DNA of 64,000 nucleotides from Lama guanicoe (Eukaryota): positions 9,507,352-9,571,351 of the forward strand of contig MU053934.1 of NCBI GenBank assembly GCA_013239625.1, read 5' to 3'. The notes under the pieces are model-generated. The model was not told the origin of the DNA. It did not search any database and saw only the letters and a list, made by a program, of their open reading frames with translations. This document shows positions 36,201 through 50,199 of the stretch, in pieces. The stretch's first letter is position 1. Each line of letters starts with the position of its first letter. A program made the position numbers and the translations under genes.

Positions 36201-39200
36201 GGCTCTGCCATCTTGTACTCATGCCTGTTACGTGTCCTCCCCTCTAACTGGTTCCCTGAAATTCAAAATTCCATTTCAGACCCCCCACCCCCACAGCTTC
36301 CGTGAAATAAGTCCTTGCAAAAACTGCAGGGGAAAGGCAGACGCCAACCCCATTTATTTTTAAGATCCAAAGCGACAGGCTTTCGAGATCACAATAAAAA
36401 TGAATGTTTGTTATTTCACAGTAGCTGCATGTCCAATTATAATTTGAACGAATGTTTCGGGAGGTATTAATAAGCACGGCCTACTCTTTCATGCTCGGTT
36501 GTGTCGGGGTTTTTTGTGGCGGTCTCATTATTACTATTATTATTAATTATTATTTTAATTTTTGATAGTGCCAGGAGTGGCAAAGCGAAAAGCATCAGAA
36601 ACGTGCACGCTCCTCCCAGCAAACTCTGGCCGGCAGGGCCAGGCTGGCACACGGGAGGGTGAATTCTGCTTTGAGAAACAGAGGTCCTTTCATTTTGTCC
36701 GGCATCTTTAATGCTGCCGTGTCCACAGTTTAGCGATCCAGTTCTTTCTCCCTTTCATTTCATTTTATTTTGGGGGGAGGGAGAAAAGGAGGCTCTTTTT
36801 GGCTCTCAGCTTAGCGTGGGGGAAATATTTTAGGTTGTTTTGGCCTTTGTTTTTTTAAGCACTTATTTAATCTGAGGGGTTCCAGCTAACATTGTTGGGC
36901 CTGGTTCATAACCGCCCTGCCCACAGACAGCTCACAGGGTGCACGTGGGCACGTCCACCAGACTGACCCTCGGGGGCCCTGAGTGGTCCCAGGGCCTGCC
37001 TGTGCCCTGATCCGGTCCTGGTTTCCCATCTGCAGAGCTGTGGCCCGAGACATTCTGACCATCCAGGGCCTGAGCTGTGGCCCAGGGGGCAGGGAGTGAG
37101 TCCCTTGAAGACCTTTGAGTCCCCGGGCCACGCTGCCACTGCTGCCCGGGAGCTGGATTCCGGGGCTCCCCGAGTTTCTCTGTTGGTCCCTGAACCTTTT
37201 CATTTAAAAGGTGGGCTTTGCAGCGTTCATCTCGGGGCTCACCTTCGTCCCCTGGCAGCCTGACAAAAGCACCCGCAGATGCAGCCTGGTTTCCCCACAT
37301 TTAAGGGTAGCCAGGGTTTTGATTTATGGAAAATGGAAAACTGGGCCCAGAAAGTTCTAAATTGCAACCCAGAGGAAAATTCCCAAGTAAGTACCTTTTT
37401 GTTTTCCTGACGGAGAGGCATCTGGGTCCTGTTTGTGCAGGCCTGAGCAGCCGGCCGGAGCAGACACCACCAAATACTGAAACTGAGCTCGGCACCCACA
37501 GGAGTATCCACAGCTGCTTTTGTCCTGAGATGGGACGGCAGTTGGTACTGGAAGATTTGGGGTTCCAGAGACAGGGGTATGTAAGCAGAGACGATTAGAA
37601 CATCTTCGTGACTGTGACAGCCACATTCTGCTGCTGTAAGCTGGGGGGTCTTTCCACCCGAATATTTAGCAAGCACCAAATAAAACCCTGGTGACGAAGT
37701 AAAAGTACTAGGAAGAAAAGAGTGTACTAGATTCTAAAGGCTCAGAAGAGTCAAGAGTGTAGAGAGACTGACTGGTGGGAGAGTGGGGAGGAGGGTGGTC
37801 ATTTTTAAAGGATTTTTACCTTTACTAGCTGCCCACTTATCTTTTAAAAAAATTTTTGGTGTAATCAATGTAGATGAACAGGCCTTTAATCCTAAATCCT
37901 GGAATGATGGGTAGTCAAATTTCCTGAGCATTAATTCTTTTTTGGACAAGGTAGGGGCAAGTAGCATGAGATAATTAATTTCCAATAAATGAGCATTTTC
38001 ATTCTAAATTAGTATTTTCCACCGAGATTATGCTCCTCTAGTGGTTTAATGTATACAGATAACACATTTTCCAGCGTGCACCTTACGTAGCTGGAATAGC
38101 TTAATGTGATTAGTTATCATCTTAGTTTTTTAAACTTGGGTAATAATATTTTATGTCCCCCAAATCGGTAAAATTCCACAGAAGCTTTTTTTTTTAATCA
38201 GGCAGAAAATATCAGCATTCTCCATGGCAGCCAGCACTTCTCAGCAATATTTTTTTTTTTAAAGAAAGTACCACACATAGCAGTTTTCACATCATTGCTT
38301 CTATATAAATTCCACTATAGACTGAAATTATACATCCTCACAGCACAGATGGGCTGGTCTGTCATTATGACTGCCGGGTCCTTGTTGGAACACATAGCAT
38401 ATTTCAATTGTGGAGTCGACAATTTCGAAGAACTGAGGTCAAAATAAACAAGTTGCATTTACGTATAAAAACAGTCTTATTAAGTGATCTTCTGATCTCC
38501 TCAAATATTTGGTAGAGGAACAACCATCACCTTCATTAAAATTTAATTTAAAATTGGAGCTTCACCTGCACCTCACAGGACTCCAAATGCCCGATGTCAA
38601 AGGGCCTTAAATGTTTTAATTAATTACGAATTTTATCTTGTTTTGCATCATGAACAGCATTACACTAGATTTACATTAAAAATTACAGGGTTTAGGACTT
38701 TTGATTTGAATATTGTCTTAATCTCTGTAGGGAAGACATGAACTCTTTCACTGTTCTATATGGACTTACAAAAATTTTTTCAAGATGTTTTTGAAAAATC
38801 AGATGATAAATATTTTGCATGGTCTAAAGGTATGTGTAAATCCAAACTTAAAAAAAAAATTCAACAGGTAAACTGCAAAGTGTAGCTATAAACTTAAAAA
38901 AAAATTATCTTGCCGAGATAACAAAGTGCAAAATTTATTGGTCCATATCAACGCACATGAGGGCAGAGTGGTTTTACAGCCACAGTAATTTGCAAATGAT
39001 GATAACTGTTTATTTTGTGAATTTGCTCACATCATGATGTAATCGGTTCTGAGGGTTCTTTTCCCGCCCCCTCCTTATTTTGAAGGGTTCGCGTCGGCGT
39101 GTCTGAATTCTGGATTCAGGCTCCGCCGCCCTCAGCCTCCGAGGCCGTCCCTGGCTGGGGCAGCAGCCCCAGAGTCAGCCGCGCTGAGTGGGAGAAGGGT

Positions 39201-39704
39201 GCTTCCCTCTGCATGTCTTGAGTGCTCCCGACACCCTCCCGTCTGTCAGTAGCAGTGCTTTGTTGTGGCTTGTTTATTTTAAGGAAGCTACCTGTTGGTG
39301 GAGACGTTGGGGGAATAATAGGAAAAGTGAAACGTGGATGAAATTTGCCCAAGACGTTTGGCAGCTGCTTTCTGTAGTGGCTCTGCTCTCGGATTTTTTA
39401 ACCACGTCATCCTTTCTGGATTAGTTCTTGGGCGTGCGTCTCCACATTAGAACTATATCGATTAGCAGCCCTGTGAATATGGCTCTGGTCTGGGGCTCTC
39501 AAAGATCAGGCAAATGAAGCTGCCCAGCCCTCCCAAGCCAGGGTCTCAGAATACCGGTGGTCACAGTAACCATGCCATGGTGATGGCAGTTAGGACGGTA
39601 CGCGCACTGTGTGCAGCGCACCATGCCAGGCTCCCTCCACATTTGGAAGAGGAGGATGAAGGAGAGGGTGAGCTCCAGAACTCATGGCCTGGGTGTAAAT
39701 GGAA

Positions 39705-39875
39705 GTGTTTTAATTTACTGGCAGTGCTGATCAAGGGCAAGTCATTTCACCTTTCTGTGTCTCAGTTTCCTCATCTGTAAAATGGGGACAGCAAGTGTCC
39801 CTGCTTTGTAATAATACATGTAAAGCACTTGGCACAGCATTTCATCTATAGCGAGCACCCCATAAATGCTATTAA
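39705..39875 (+). mobile_element. MIR SINE
   Basis: GGGCAAGTCATTTCACCTTTCTGTGTCTCAGTTTCCTCATCTGTAAAATGGGGA..ATGTAAAGCACTTGGCACAG. Confidence 0.8.
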
Positions 39876-42059
39876 TTCTTGATTTATGTTTGAGTTTTGG
39901 AAATGCCTGCAAGGCGGGGGTCATCGTGGCTTCTTCTAGGGAGGCACTGAGCCTCGGAGGTTCAACCAGCTGATGAGGGTTGGAATGGGATTCGAACCCA
40001 AAGCCTTCTGCATTAAATGATAGTGTGGAATTGTGTGCCTACACGGCCGCCTGATGTGGATGGCATGCCTGGGCCTGTGCACCTTGGTGCTGGAACATGT
40101 GTACAGACACACAGGTGTCCTGTGCTCCCTGGTCCCTGGGCCACCCCGGAGATGTCTGGTCAGGCGTCCCATGGCCCCCTGGGGTGGGTCGTCCTCCACA
40201 GCCCAGGGCTGGCCCACGCCAGCGATGGGTGGACAGGCCGCCCAGGTGCTGGGCTCTGGTGGGTGAAGGAAGGCCTGTTGGCCGGGCCGGCTGCACTCTG
40301 GGCCCTGGCCAGGCACCCGCTGTCTCCTCGGAGGGGGCAGGCCGTTCCGGACGCCGGCCATTTGCAGACTAGGAGGAATGGCATTGAGCCTCCAGCCCAG
40401 GAGAGGAAATGGCGGCGCGGGCAGGCCCAGGACAGGATCCGGGAAGGCGGGCCGAGGGCGGGGGCGGCCGGAAGGCCTGGGGTGGGCCAGTCATCTTGCC
40501 GGTGCCCTCTTCCAAGAAGCGGGCAGCAGGGCCGGCCTTTCGTGCAGGTCTGCGTGTGCGCACATGTGTGTGCATGTATGCACGCATGCCTGCATGCCGG
40601 GCTCGGGCCCTGAGCTGCACACCTGGGAGCTTTAGCAGGTCCAGTTTCCCCACCAGGAACATGGTAGGGACTGGGGGAACCTGATGTGACGACGTGAACC
40701 CCCAGCCCACTTTTGGGCAAACAAGTCCTTGAGGCTGACTCTTACCACCAGGCCTTGGTTCTCTCATCTTTAAAGTGGGGGTGACAGCATCAGCCTCGGG
40801 AAGCCGTCAGACGCAGTGAGGGAGAGGTCCCGGAGGCAAGCGGCCGGCCTGTTTTATCCCATAAGGAGGAGACCAGAGGCCGGGGCTCTCAGGTGAGCTG
40901 CCTGCCCATCTTGGCCTCAGTTTCCCCTCCCTGAGGCAGAGGAAAATCCCTTGTTAGATGATGTCACCTGCCACTGACGGGAGCAGGTTTTGGGGGGACC
41001 TGGAGAAGGATCAGGTCTCTGGTCCCTGTGACTCTGGGTGGATGGGAGGCAGAGGCCGGGCCTGCCGACCCCAGAAGGGAGCCGGGGGTGGGTCCCGGGG
41101 TCTGGGGCTGGCTGCTCCAGCCTGTGGGCCTGTGCGCGGGAACCTCTGGCCCGTTTCCTGGGAGCCCGGCCCTGCCCGGGATTCCTGCGGTGGGTGTGCC
41201 CACACTTCCGGTGGCCGTGGGCGGAGGCCCCGGAGGCCCGCGAGGAGTTCCCGCCCGCCCGGCCTCCTGGCTGTGCTGCTTCTGTCGCTCGATGGGACGA
41301 TAGGACGGGACGATGGGACGCGGAGCCCCACCTGAGTCCGCAGTGCTGGGTCCAGGCGGGCGGCCCCCCGCCCTCTGGCCGGGCTCGGGCACCTGGGCCG
41401 GGGCAATGGAGGCCTCCTGCGGCCGCGAGGGGTCTTGGCGGTGCAGAGAGGGCCTCCAGCTCGTGCCTTTGTCGTGAAGGCACAGCTAGTGAGTGGCCCC
41501 GCGCCAACACTCCCGGGGCTCCCAGCACCGGGGTTGGGGGGGTGGCCTCGAGGGTCTCAGCTTCAGCCCTGGGTGCTCCTGCCTGGCCTGTGACCAGCGC
41601 CAGCGGGCGGCTCATGCGAACAGCCTCCAGGTGGCTGCTCGTGGGCCCAGCAGCGTGGCAGGCCCCCACAGCCCACAGCCTTGGAGGATGCCTCGAGGGA
41701 CAGGCGCGGCGCCGCTCTCAGTGTCCAGCTGCCAGGGGAGGGGTGAGTGAGACCGGCTGGGGCAGGACCAGCGCTGGGAGCAGAGTGACAGAAATCCCCT
41801 GCCTTGGCCCGCTGGAGAGACCCAGGGGCCACACTTCTCTCCTTCAAGGGAGGCCAGCTCACGTCTGATGTTGCAAACAGGACTCAGCTCCCTGAGGGGA
41901 GACGACCTTCAGTGACCTACTAAGCGCCAGGCCCAGGGCTGCGTACTTTAATCCTTTTTTTCAAACAGCCATTTTAAAATTTAATATACCCAATTCTATT
42001 TCATTTCAACATCCAGTCAGAGCCAGCGTGTACCAGCGCTGCCCTGGTGCTGGAATAGG

Positions 42060-42200
42060 GCTCTGACAGGTCGCCTGCATCCCTCCCTGTGTGGAAGGTG
42101 GGTGTTAACGGTTCTCGGACTGAGAAAACTAAAGTTCAGAGAAGCCAAGGCACGTCCCCAGAGTCACACAGCTAGCAGGTGACAAAGATGGACCCCAAAT
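42060..42200 (-). mobile_element. MIR SINE
   Basis: TGAGAAAACTAAAGTTCAGAGAAG..CCAGAGTCACACAGCTAG. Confidence 0.6.
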
Positions 42201-45200
42201 GCAGGTCTCTGGCTGCAGGACCCACACTCTCCCCAGCAGGGTGGGAGCAGCCCGGCACAGGGTTCCTGTTTGTGGTCAGCCTCTCACAGGTGCTGGCCTC
42301 GGCAGGCTCTCCCCGGAGACCCGTCACCAGGAAGACCAGTCTTTTGGGCGGGAGTTCGGTCCCAAAGGAGAGCCAGGATTTGCCTCCATCCCTCTCCTCC
42401 TGGGCATCATACATTGTGCTGGTTCTGGGGTCCCCAGGGCCTGTGCCCAGGATCTAGGGCCTGCTGGTTGCCCTGAAAGGCCCCCGGGCATCCTGCTGGG
42501 TGAGGGCTCCAGGCCTTTGGGCTGAGAGCACTGGCGGGTATGGACAGCAAGCAGCACACAGTGTGGCCACAGGTGACGGGAAGGTGGGAACATGGGGCCG
42601 TCCTTCTGCTCAGTGTTCCTACTGTCCACCGGGGGACAGGTACGAGGCTGCAGGCCCAGGTGATCTCTGAAACTCTACAGAGAGTTTAGCCCTCAAGCGC
42701 TGGGAGTAAAACCTTTGAGAGATGCTATAAAAACCCCAAACAGGCAAGACCGTTTTGCAGTCTTGAGCATTCTCAAAATGGTCCTTTCTGTTTGGTGCCA
42801 AATCCAGGCCTTTCCACTGTAGCAGGAACCTGCGGTGTACACCATGAGCCCAGGGGTTTTCTCAGGTTTTTCACAGTGAGCCCCATTGCAGGCACTGACT
42901 GCTCTCCCGTGGATGTGCACATGCCTTGTCTTGGGGTCTGTGGTGGGGCCAGGAGCTGGGTGTCCCTGGTACTGAGGTCTGCTGCAAGACTGGGTCCCAG
43001 GGTGAGGGCACTTCCTCAGGTGAGGGCAGAACAGAGGTGCCAGGGTGCCGTGGCTGGGCCAGGAGAAGCTCTTGTGAAACCGATCTCTGCAGGCGAACGG
43101 GGACCCTGTCCTGTCTGAGAGACCCCACTGTCGGTCTCCGTCTGTGTGGCCCCCTGTGGCGTGCTCCTGTCCCTGATTCCACAGGTCTCAGAGAGGCTGG
43201 GGCACAAGCTTTGGGCAGGCCCTGGCTCAGGGTGCGGGAGGGGACGGGCAGCACTGTCCAGGGACCGAATGGGGCAGACCTGGTGGAGCACTGGGTCTCG
43301 GGCCTGAGGGGCTAGCGCGTGACTGGCGGGTCTGCCCCCACCCACCTGCTCACAGGCAGGGGGCCCTCTGGGAGGCCCAGACCCAAGCTGAGAGGGTGCC
43401 AGGCTGGGGTGGGCCCAGCTGGGTGGGGAGCAGAGTTAGTCTGGAACACCCCTTGCAAGTGCCCGGGGAATCCAGGAAGCCTCCTGGAGGTGGCAAACCC
43501 ACGGCCCCCGGCTTGTTACCGAGTCCAGCCCCAGGCCTGCCACGTCCCAGGGCCCTGCTGCCAGGCGTAGTGCCGCCCCTCCCACTGCCCCACACCAGCC
43601 CTGCACAGGCCACATCTGCTGTGGCAGCCATGCCAGAGCTCCGCCTCCTCCTCCGTCCCCATGGAAACCGGGGTGGGGAGGGCCTACAGCATTTGGCCCA
43701 CTGACTGGTTTCCATTAGAGCAGGTCTACCTTCCTTGAGACTTGCCCCTGAAGTTCAGGGCCTGCCCCCCGGGGTTTCTTTCCTGCATTTACTGGGCACT
43801 GGCCTCTACCGCACCGGGGGACCCAGCGGCCTGGGCCCGCCTGTCCTGGCTGACATCCCTCAGTGGAGTGAGCACCCAGAGTCCCGCCCAGGGCTGCGGC
43901 GGCTCTTGGGCCTAACAGGCTGCAGGCCCAGACCCCATCTCTTCTTGCCAGGCCCAGGCCCAGCAGCTGCTGAGGTTCAGACGCGGGGCCCGAGTCGGGC
44001 TCCTGTCCCGGCCATCCCGGGGACCATGAACAAGCCCCCTCCTGTCTCTGGGCCTCGGTTTACCACCTATAAAATGAAAGGGTAGACGGTTTTCTCCAGG
44101 TTCTCACTGTGCCCTTAAGAGAAAGAGAAAGAGAAAACGAAGCTGCAGCAACACCCGCCTCCTGGAGTCTAAGTTCTGGGATTTTTGTTTGTTTTCAAAG
44201 GGGGATTTTTTTTTTTTTTTAAAGGAAGGAGCCATGGAATTTGACTGGAGACCAAATTTGAGAGGCCGAGGCCAGCCAGAGCCTGCGGACCAAGGGCACG
44301 GGAAGGCCCGGCTCGGCCGCGGGCGGCCGGAGGCCTGTGCAGCTGTGCCCGCCGGGCTCCACATGGCGCCTGCTGGGTGCCCAGTGACCTGGCTGTGAGC
44401 GCAGTGAGCGGAGGCATGAAACGTGCCCCTGACGGAACCAGAAGGCTCTGCAGAACTATCCGAGAGGTTTCTGCAGGCCAGAACTGTGGACAGAAAATGA
44501 GATCCAGCTTAAAAAAAAACGGCCAGTCATCCTCCAGGGAGATGGGGGGGCCTGCGAGAGGCCCGGGGGCCGCTGGTGCTCGGTTACCTCTGCAGCGCTC
44601 GTGCAAGGCTGGTCTGCAGCAGCTACCCCAGACCCAGCCTGGCAGCCGGGTGGAGGAGCCGTCTTCCCCGCTTCTTGGGCATCACGAGTTTCACAGCAGA
44701 TGATGAGTGACAACTTGGGGACTTTTTGCCCCACCTGCCAAATGGGTGGTTTGGCTCCTCCCATGAGAACTCTCAGCTCCCACTTGCTTGCCATGAAATG
44801 TCACAGATGTCATGGGGGCCAGTCTCTGCTGGGTGTCTGCCACTGGCACACTGCGGACACTTCCCAGCTTATGACAAGGAGCAGACCCGCGGGGGCCCCG
44901 GGGGTGCCTGTCAGAGCAGTGGGGAGAGGTCTGCTGCGTGGTCTGGGACGGTGCTTTCCTCCCTGGGCCTCGGCATCCTCAGCTGTAAAATGGGGATAGT
45001 AGCCCTGACCTGTTGGCTCAGTGTAAAAACCAGATGAGAGCTGCGGTCAGGGCTGGATACGTGGAAGGTGGCGGCACAGAACGGCATCCACCCTCACGTC
45101 CCCGTCGGGAGTGCGGCAGGCCACACATCTTCGATTGCCGCAGACCCGCAGTGGGGCCGACCCTCCCCCAGCCCACCTCCAGGGAGAGTGCGGACACACT

Positions 45201-46309
45201 GACATTTCTCAAGGTCACCTGGAACTTCTGGCCCTGGGTAGCCAGCACGACAGTGTGTCCTCTTCCTCGTCTGAGCCATGGGGCTGAGTCCATCCCCCAC
45301 TCGGCTTCGGACCGGCCTCCCACCCGAGTCCGCCAGAGTGTGCCGACCGATCGCGGTGGCAGGAGGAGCAGCCGACAGGCCCTGGGGACACGGTCACTGC
45401 AGCTCAAAGGGCAGGGTGGTGGCATCTTCAGTTTTCTGTCCTGGGCGGGAACAAAACTGGTTTGAACGATGGTGCCCCGGCCTGCCCTCCCGGTAAAAGT
45501 AGGCCGGGGGAGTGAGCTCGGAGGAGCTGGCTGCTGTGCTGGCCGAGGCTGATTTAGACGTACGGGGAGACTGGGATAATGTAGGAAATGAAGGGAATTT
45601 CCCCAGGGAAAGGGGGAAGAGAAGAAAGAGGAGCTTAAGTGCCCAGATAATTATAAAGCCTGGCGTGGTGATTTATGGCTACGGGCGGGCTCCTCTGGTC
45701 AGCTCCACCGCCCCTCCCGCCTCAGTCCTCTGCACCCAAGACCCGCAGGTGAGGGAGCAGCGAGGCCAGCAGGTGCTGCCCAGCACCCCGGCTCGGCCTG
45801 TGTCACGGGGACAGCCCTCTGTGTGCCGGCCCTGACGTCTGCTATCTGGGGTGACTTCACGGAACCCCAATGTGCCACTAGCCGGAAAGCCGAGGTCTGG
45901 GAGGCTGAGCCCCTCACATCGATCGGATTGTGCCCGAGCCAGACCAGCCAGTGTCCCAAACTCCAGACCCTTCCCTCTGCCCACAGCTGCGTGTGGGGCC
46001 TCGGGCCGCCGGGGCCTGGGAGGCAGTCCATGAGAAAGATGACAAGTCAGGGTGGGGCTGGCAGCTGTCACTGTTGGTGCCACAGGAGGGGGACAGCCAA
46101 GACCATGGAGGTGGGCAGAAGCAAAAAGGTGCATTTTTTGGCTGGAATCTGGGGCTGCCTGGTCTGAACTAGAGGAGAGACATGCACCGGCCAGGATGCA
46201 GGAGAGGCCACTGCCGGCCCAGGCGGGCTGCTGGGCGGTGCGCCACTTAGGGCCTGACCTTGGATGGCTCCACTGGGGGCTTCACTCTGCTGTGACCGCA
46301 CCCTTTCCC

Positions 46310-46840
46310 TCCCTCCTGCTAAAACTCCTGGGGGATGTCTCCACAGCTGCAGACCTGCCCTGTCATCCTCGACTCCCTTCCTTGCCACACCCAGACCATC
46401 CCAGGTCCTTCCTGTTCTCCCGTCTTTCAACATTTCCCCAACATCCTTCTCCACCTGCCAGACAGTGCCCAAGTCTTGCCCATCCAGGAATGACCGCAAG
46501 GCAGGCCTCTGCCCTGTCACCCATCCTGCAGGGTCTCCTCCAGCTCCCGGCCGAAGTCCAGTCTCCCCTTCATGGGACTCGAGAGGCTCCCGACTGCCTG
46601 CCCTGTCCCCTTCCACAGCACTGCCCCTCACCTCTCCAGACTGTGGCACAGAATCGCCTCCTCCTGGAAGCCCTCTCCACTCCACGTGCCCACTGCGCTG
46701 CGACCCACTGCCCAGAGTTGGGGGATCAGTCATGAGTGTGTCTGCCCTGGGAGACTGGGCACCTCGGAAAGGACGGGTCAGATTCACCAGCTTGGCACAG
46801 GGCAGGCTCTTGGGGAGCATTTTATGAATGAACGAAATGG
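46310..46840 (+). mobile_element. Degenerate L2 LINE 3' region
   Basis: Pyrimidine-rich body ending ..TTGGCACAGGGCAGGCTCTT..TTTTATGAATGAACGAA, typical of an L2 terminus. Confidence 0.45.
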
Positions 46841-49439
46841 AATCCAGAGACTGAAATGGAAAAAGAGGAGGAGACTGGGCTCCAAGCTGCCTCACGAGGC
46901 ACCTAGCTCGCGCACTGGCCTGTGGGCCGTGGTGCTCGGAGACCCGGCGGATGGAGTTCATCTTTCCTCCTGCACCAAATACGTTCCTTGTGAGGGAGAA
47001 TCAGAGGGGCTTGTGAAACACACTCGTCACAGATGATGTGATGCCGCCCGACGGACAGGTTAGAACTCTGAACGCCTGTGGCCCAGAGGGAGCACTGCGG
47101 GTGAGGCTGCAAGACCTTAGAGGTGCCCATGGACGGCCGTGGGGCCTCTTCCTCCGAGATCTCGGCGTGAAAGACGGATCCGGCCGCCCATCAGATGTCA
47201 TCAGTGGGATGCAGCACATTCTGTTCATCTAGATTAGATATTTCCAGTTCGCAGATTTCCTGCCCGATCCTGCCCCTCACTGGGGTCATCTTCCTCCAGG
47301 AGGTGATCACAAGCCACGAGCCCCTCACCTCCCATCCCCGGGCAGTGGCCGGTTTCTGCTGGGCCAGCTCTGGGTGGGACCGGCGGCAGCCCTTGTCTTC
47401 CCACCACTCACCGTCACAATGCAAAAGGGTGTCAGCACCCAGCACCCTTCCAGGGGCTTGGCTTGGCATCTTTGTCCAGCTGAGGAGGGTCTGGGACAAT
47501 GTCCATTCAGGCCGTTTAAAAGTACCTTGGGGAGATGACCGCTGACCAGAGGGCAGGGGCCTGGGTAGCATCCCCAGCGCTGTCATAGACCTGCTGTGAG
47601 ACGTCGGGCCAGCCCCTCTGCTGCCGCGAGCCTCAGTTTCCCCACCTGCCACACAATCTCTCTGTCCTCCACCTCCAACATTGGGGGGTCTCTGGAAGGT
47701 TCTAAGAGGCCGGGCCCGAGGTGCCTGCCTCAGGCATGTGAAAGCACGTCTGGGCTTTGGGCTGGGACCTCACTTCGGGGGGTCTCCCTGGGGAGCAAGG
47801 AAGGACTTGTGCGGAAAGATGAGAGGTGTCCATCCTAGCGTCTGTCGCAAAGGTGGGAACCTGGAGCAGCCACTCTCCCGGGCCTGGCTGTGTGGGGTGA
47901 GCAGTTGTGATCCTTGTGATGAGGTCCCCTGGCGGGAGGGGTTCCCTGGCAGTTCGGGAGGACACACCAGCTGGCTCTGGCTGGCGCTGGCCTTTACAGC
48001 CTCGTCCCTGGAGGGAGTGTGCTGTGTGCTGGGCTCACAGCACAGGGTGCCGAGCTTGACTGCCTCTTTCTCCTTTTCTGTTTTGCAAAATAGTGTTTAA
48101 TGAGCATCTACTCCTTTTGCAATGGAAAGAAATCATTTAAGTAACAAAAGTAAGCGCTTGGCCAGAGTGAGACTGACAGGCCCAAATTCTCTCTGCGCAT
48201 TTTCCTGAAAAGAGAGACCTTGCAAAAGGTGCGGGTGGTCACAGTGGGGACAGCACCGGCATCCGGAAGCGTTTTGTCCTTTTAAAAGGAGCAGAGGTGA
48301 CTGGGGGGCGGGGGTGCTCTGAGATGGGGTCCTGGGGAGGCTCTGGGGCAGAGCCCATCCTCTGGATGAGTGTTAGGGATGTTCCAAGTCTGCTGCCTGG
48401 AAACGCCCCTTCAGGGAAAGCAGGACCCCGTTTTGTGTTCGCGCTAGCACCACGGCCCCGCTGTTTTGCCGTTCCAGATACTGACCTCCTTTGTGACAAA
48501 CCAACCCCACTTAGCAGATTGGCGTCTGGCAACGGCCTGCTTTCCAGAACAGACTTGGGGATTAGCCTGGTGCTGGCTGCCTTTTGTGAGGACCTACTAT
48601 GTGTGCCGGCCAAGCTCTTGGGATTTCGCATTCATTCATCGCCTCTGATGACAGCTTTGGATGGTAGGTGTAAACGGGCCCCCTTTTAAGATACAAAATA
48701 GGCTCAGAGATGCCAGGCTCCTGGCAGCTGCACAGCCCAGAAGATTCTGGAGCCCAGGCTCTCCCCAGGGCTGGCGGCTCTGTCACTAGGTGCCGTGTCC
48801 TTGGGGATTTGGGCCCACCTGTGCCCTGGCCGCTCTGCCTGCCGTGGTAGCCGTCGGCTCCCCATGTCCCTGCTGGAGCTCTTCCGGCCCAAGTGAAGTG
48901 GTGGGGTTGGGCACAGACCCTGGTTGTGTATCTGGTGACTCAGGGAGGCTGGAGGCTGTGGCCGCCCGCGGGCTCGCTGGCTGACTTCTGACCCCTCCCA
49001 ATCTGTCCTGGGCCCCTCTGAGGGCTTGGGGGCCGAGCACAGCACCACCCAGGGCCAGGTCTCAGTCCTGCCCACTGCATGTCTGCACAGAAACTGAGGG
49101 TTGCTCCATGCACGATCCGTTAGCACCTTTCTCCTGCAGTGGCCGCTAAGAGGAGCCAGGCTGAATGCTGAAGGCAAGTGTGGACAAGGCAGGGCTGAGC
49201 CTCCGGGGGTCTGTGTGCCTTTGGGCTCGGCCCTGCAGCTGGGCCAACATCAAGGTTCCTGCCGGTGCTCAGAGCCTCCTGCCCAAGGCCTGGCCCCAGC
49301 TGTGTCTGCTCTGGCCCGGGCCCTGGCGCGTTGGTCAGTTGTCAGACAAGAGGCTGGGGGCAATTTCTCCAGGCACTGGAGTACGGAGTAACTTCTCTTA
49401 CATCGCCGAAGCGTGCGGGGGGATCGACACTGAGCCCCA

Positions 49440-49585
49440 CTGTGCCGCGTGCGTCATGTCTAATCCCGCGTGTAAGTCTGAGGAAGCCGGCATCGCTGTC
49501 CCGTGTTACAGATGAGGAGACTGAGGCCCGGGGAGGTGAAGGGGCTTGTCACAAGGACAGAGCTGAGATGGGAACCCAGTGGCCC
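49440..49585 (-). mobile_element. MIR SINE
   Basis: TTACAGATGAGGAGACTGAGGCCCGGGGAGGTGAAG..GAGCTGAGATGGGAACCCAG. Confidence 0.7.
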
Positions 49586-50199
49586 CTGGCCACCCTGCAG
49601 ATGGACGCAGGAATGTTCTGGAGTCCAGAGATACTCGTGGACGGGTGAGGAGGGCCCGGGGTGGGACAGGCACCAGCCTCCGGGGCATCCTGCTGGGCCT
49701 GGTGCTGATTCCAGTCTCAGCGGGCCAGAGCCTTCCAGAGGACAGAACTGCATCTCAACAAAGAACCACCAAGAGGGCCTGGGCTGGCCCTGCCATCCGA
49801 GCCCGCACCATGGGGACGGGCTCTGAGTGGTGCCGGCCCCGGGCTGGTTCTGGGGCTGGGAGAAGCGAGCGTCACTGCGAGCCGCCTTGGGCTTGGGCCT
49901 TCCATCTCGTCACCTGTAACGCGCGCCACAGCCCTGCGAGCCCGGCATGCTGTCCCTCCTCACGGCGGGAAACTGGGCCAGAGAGGGCAGTCCTGTGCCT
50001 GGAGCCGCGCAGCGAGCGGAGGCGGTGGGTCTGACCAACTCCCCCTCACCTACCCCGACAGCCCGCCTCCTGGGCCCTGGGACCTGGGAGGCTTGTGCCC
50101 CTGAGGGATCTGCAGGTTGGGGTTCATGGGTGATCCTGAGACAGGCAGGGGCCCTTCTGTCACACCGCGTGGGCTGACCCATTAAGAGAGAGGATGGCC

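Noticed and set aside
38996..39052. Possible C/D box snoRNA (ATGATGA...CTGA)
   Set aside because: Only 57 nt, with no convincing terminal stem, poor C'/D' spacing and no recognisable rRNA-complementary guide. snoscan/Rfam would settle it.
41290..41320. Small tandem duplications (GATGGGAC units; also ~951-972 and ~7237-7268)
   Set aside because: Two to three copies only, consistent with ordinary slippage.
36200..46000. Orthologue of human MIR3619
   Set aside because: I found no match to the hairpin as I recall it; it is likely primate-restricted.
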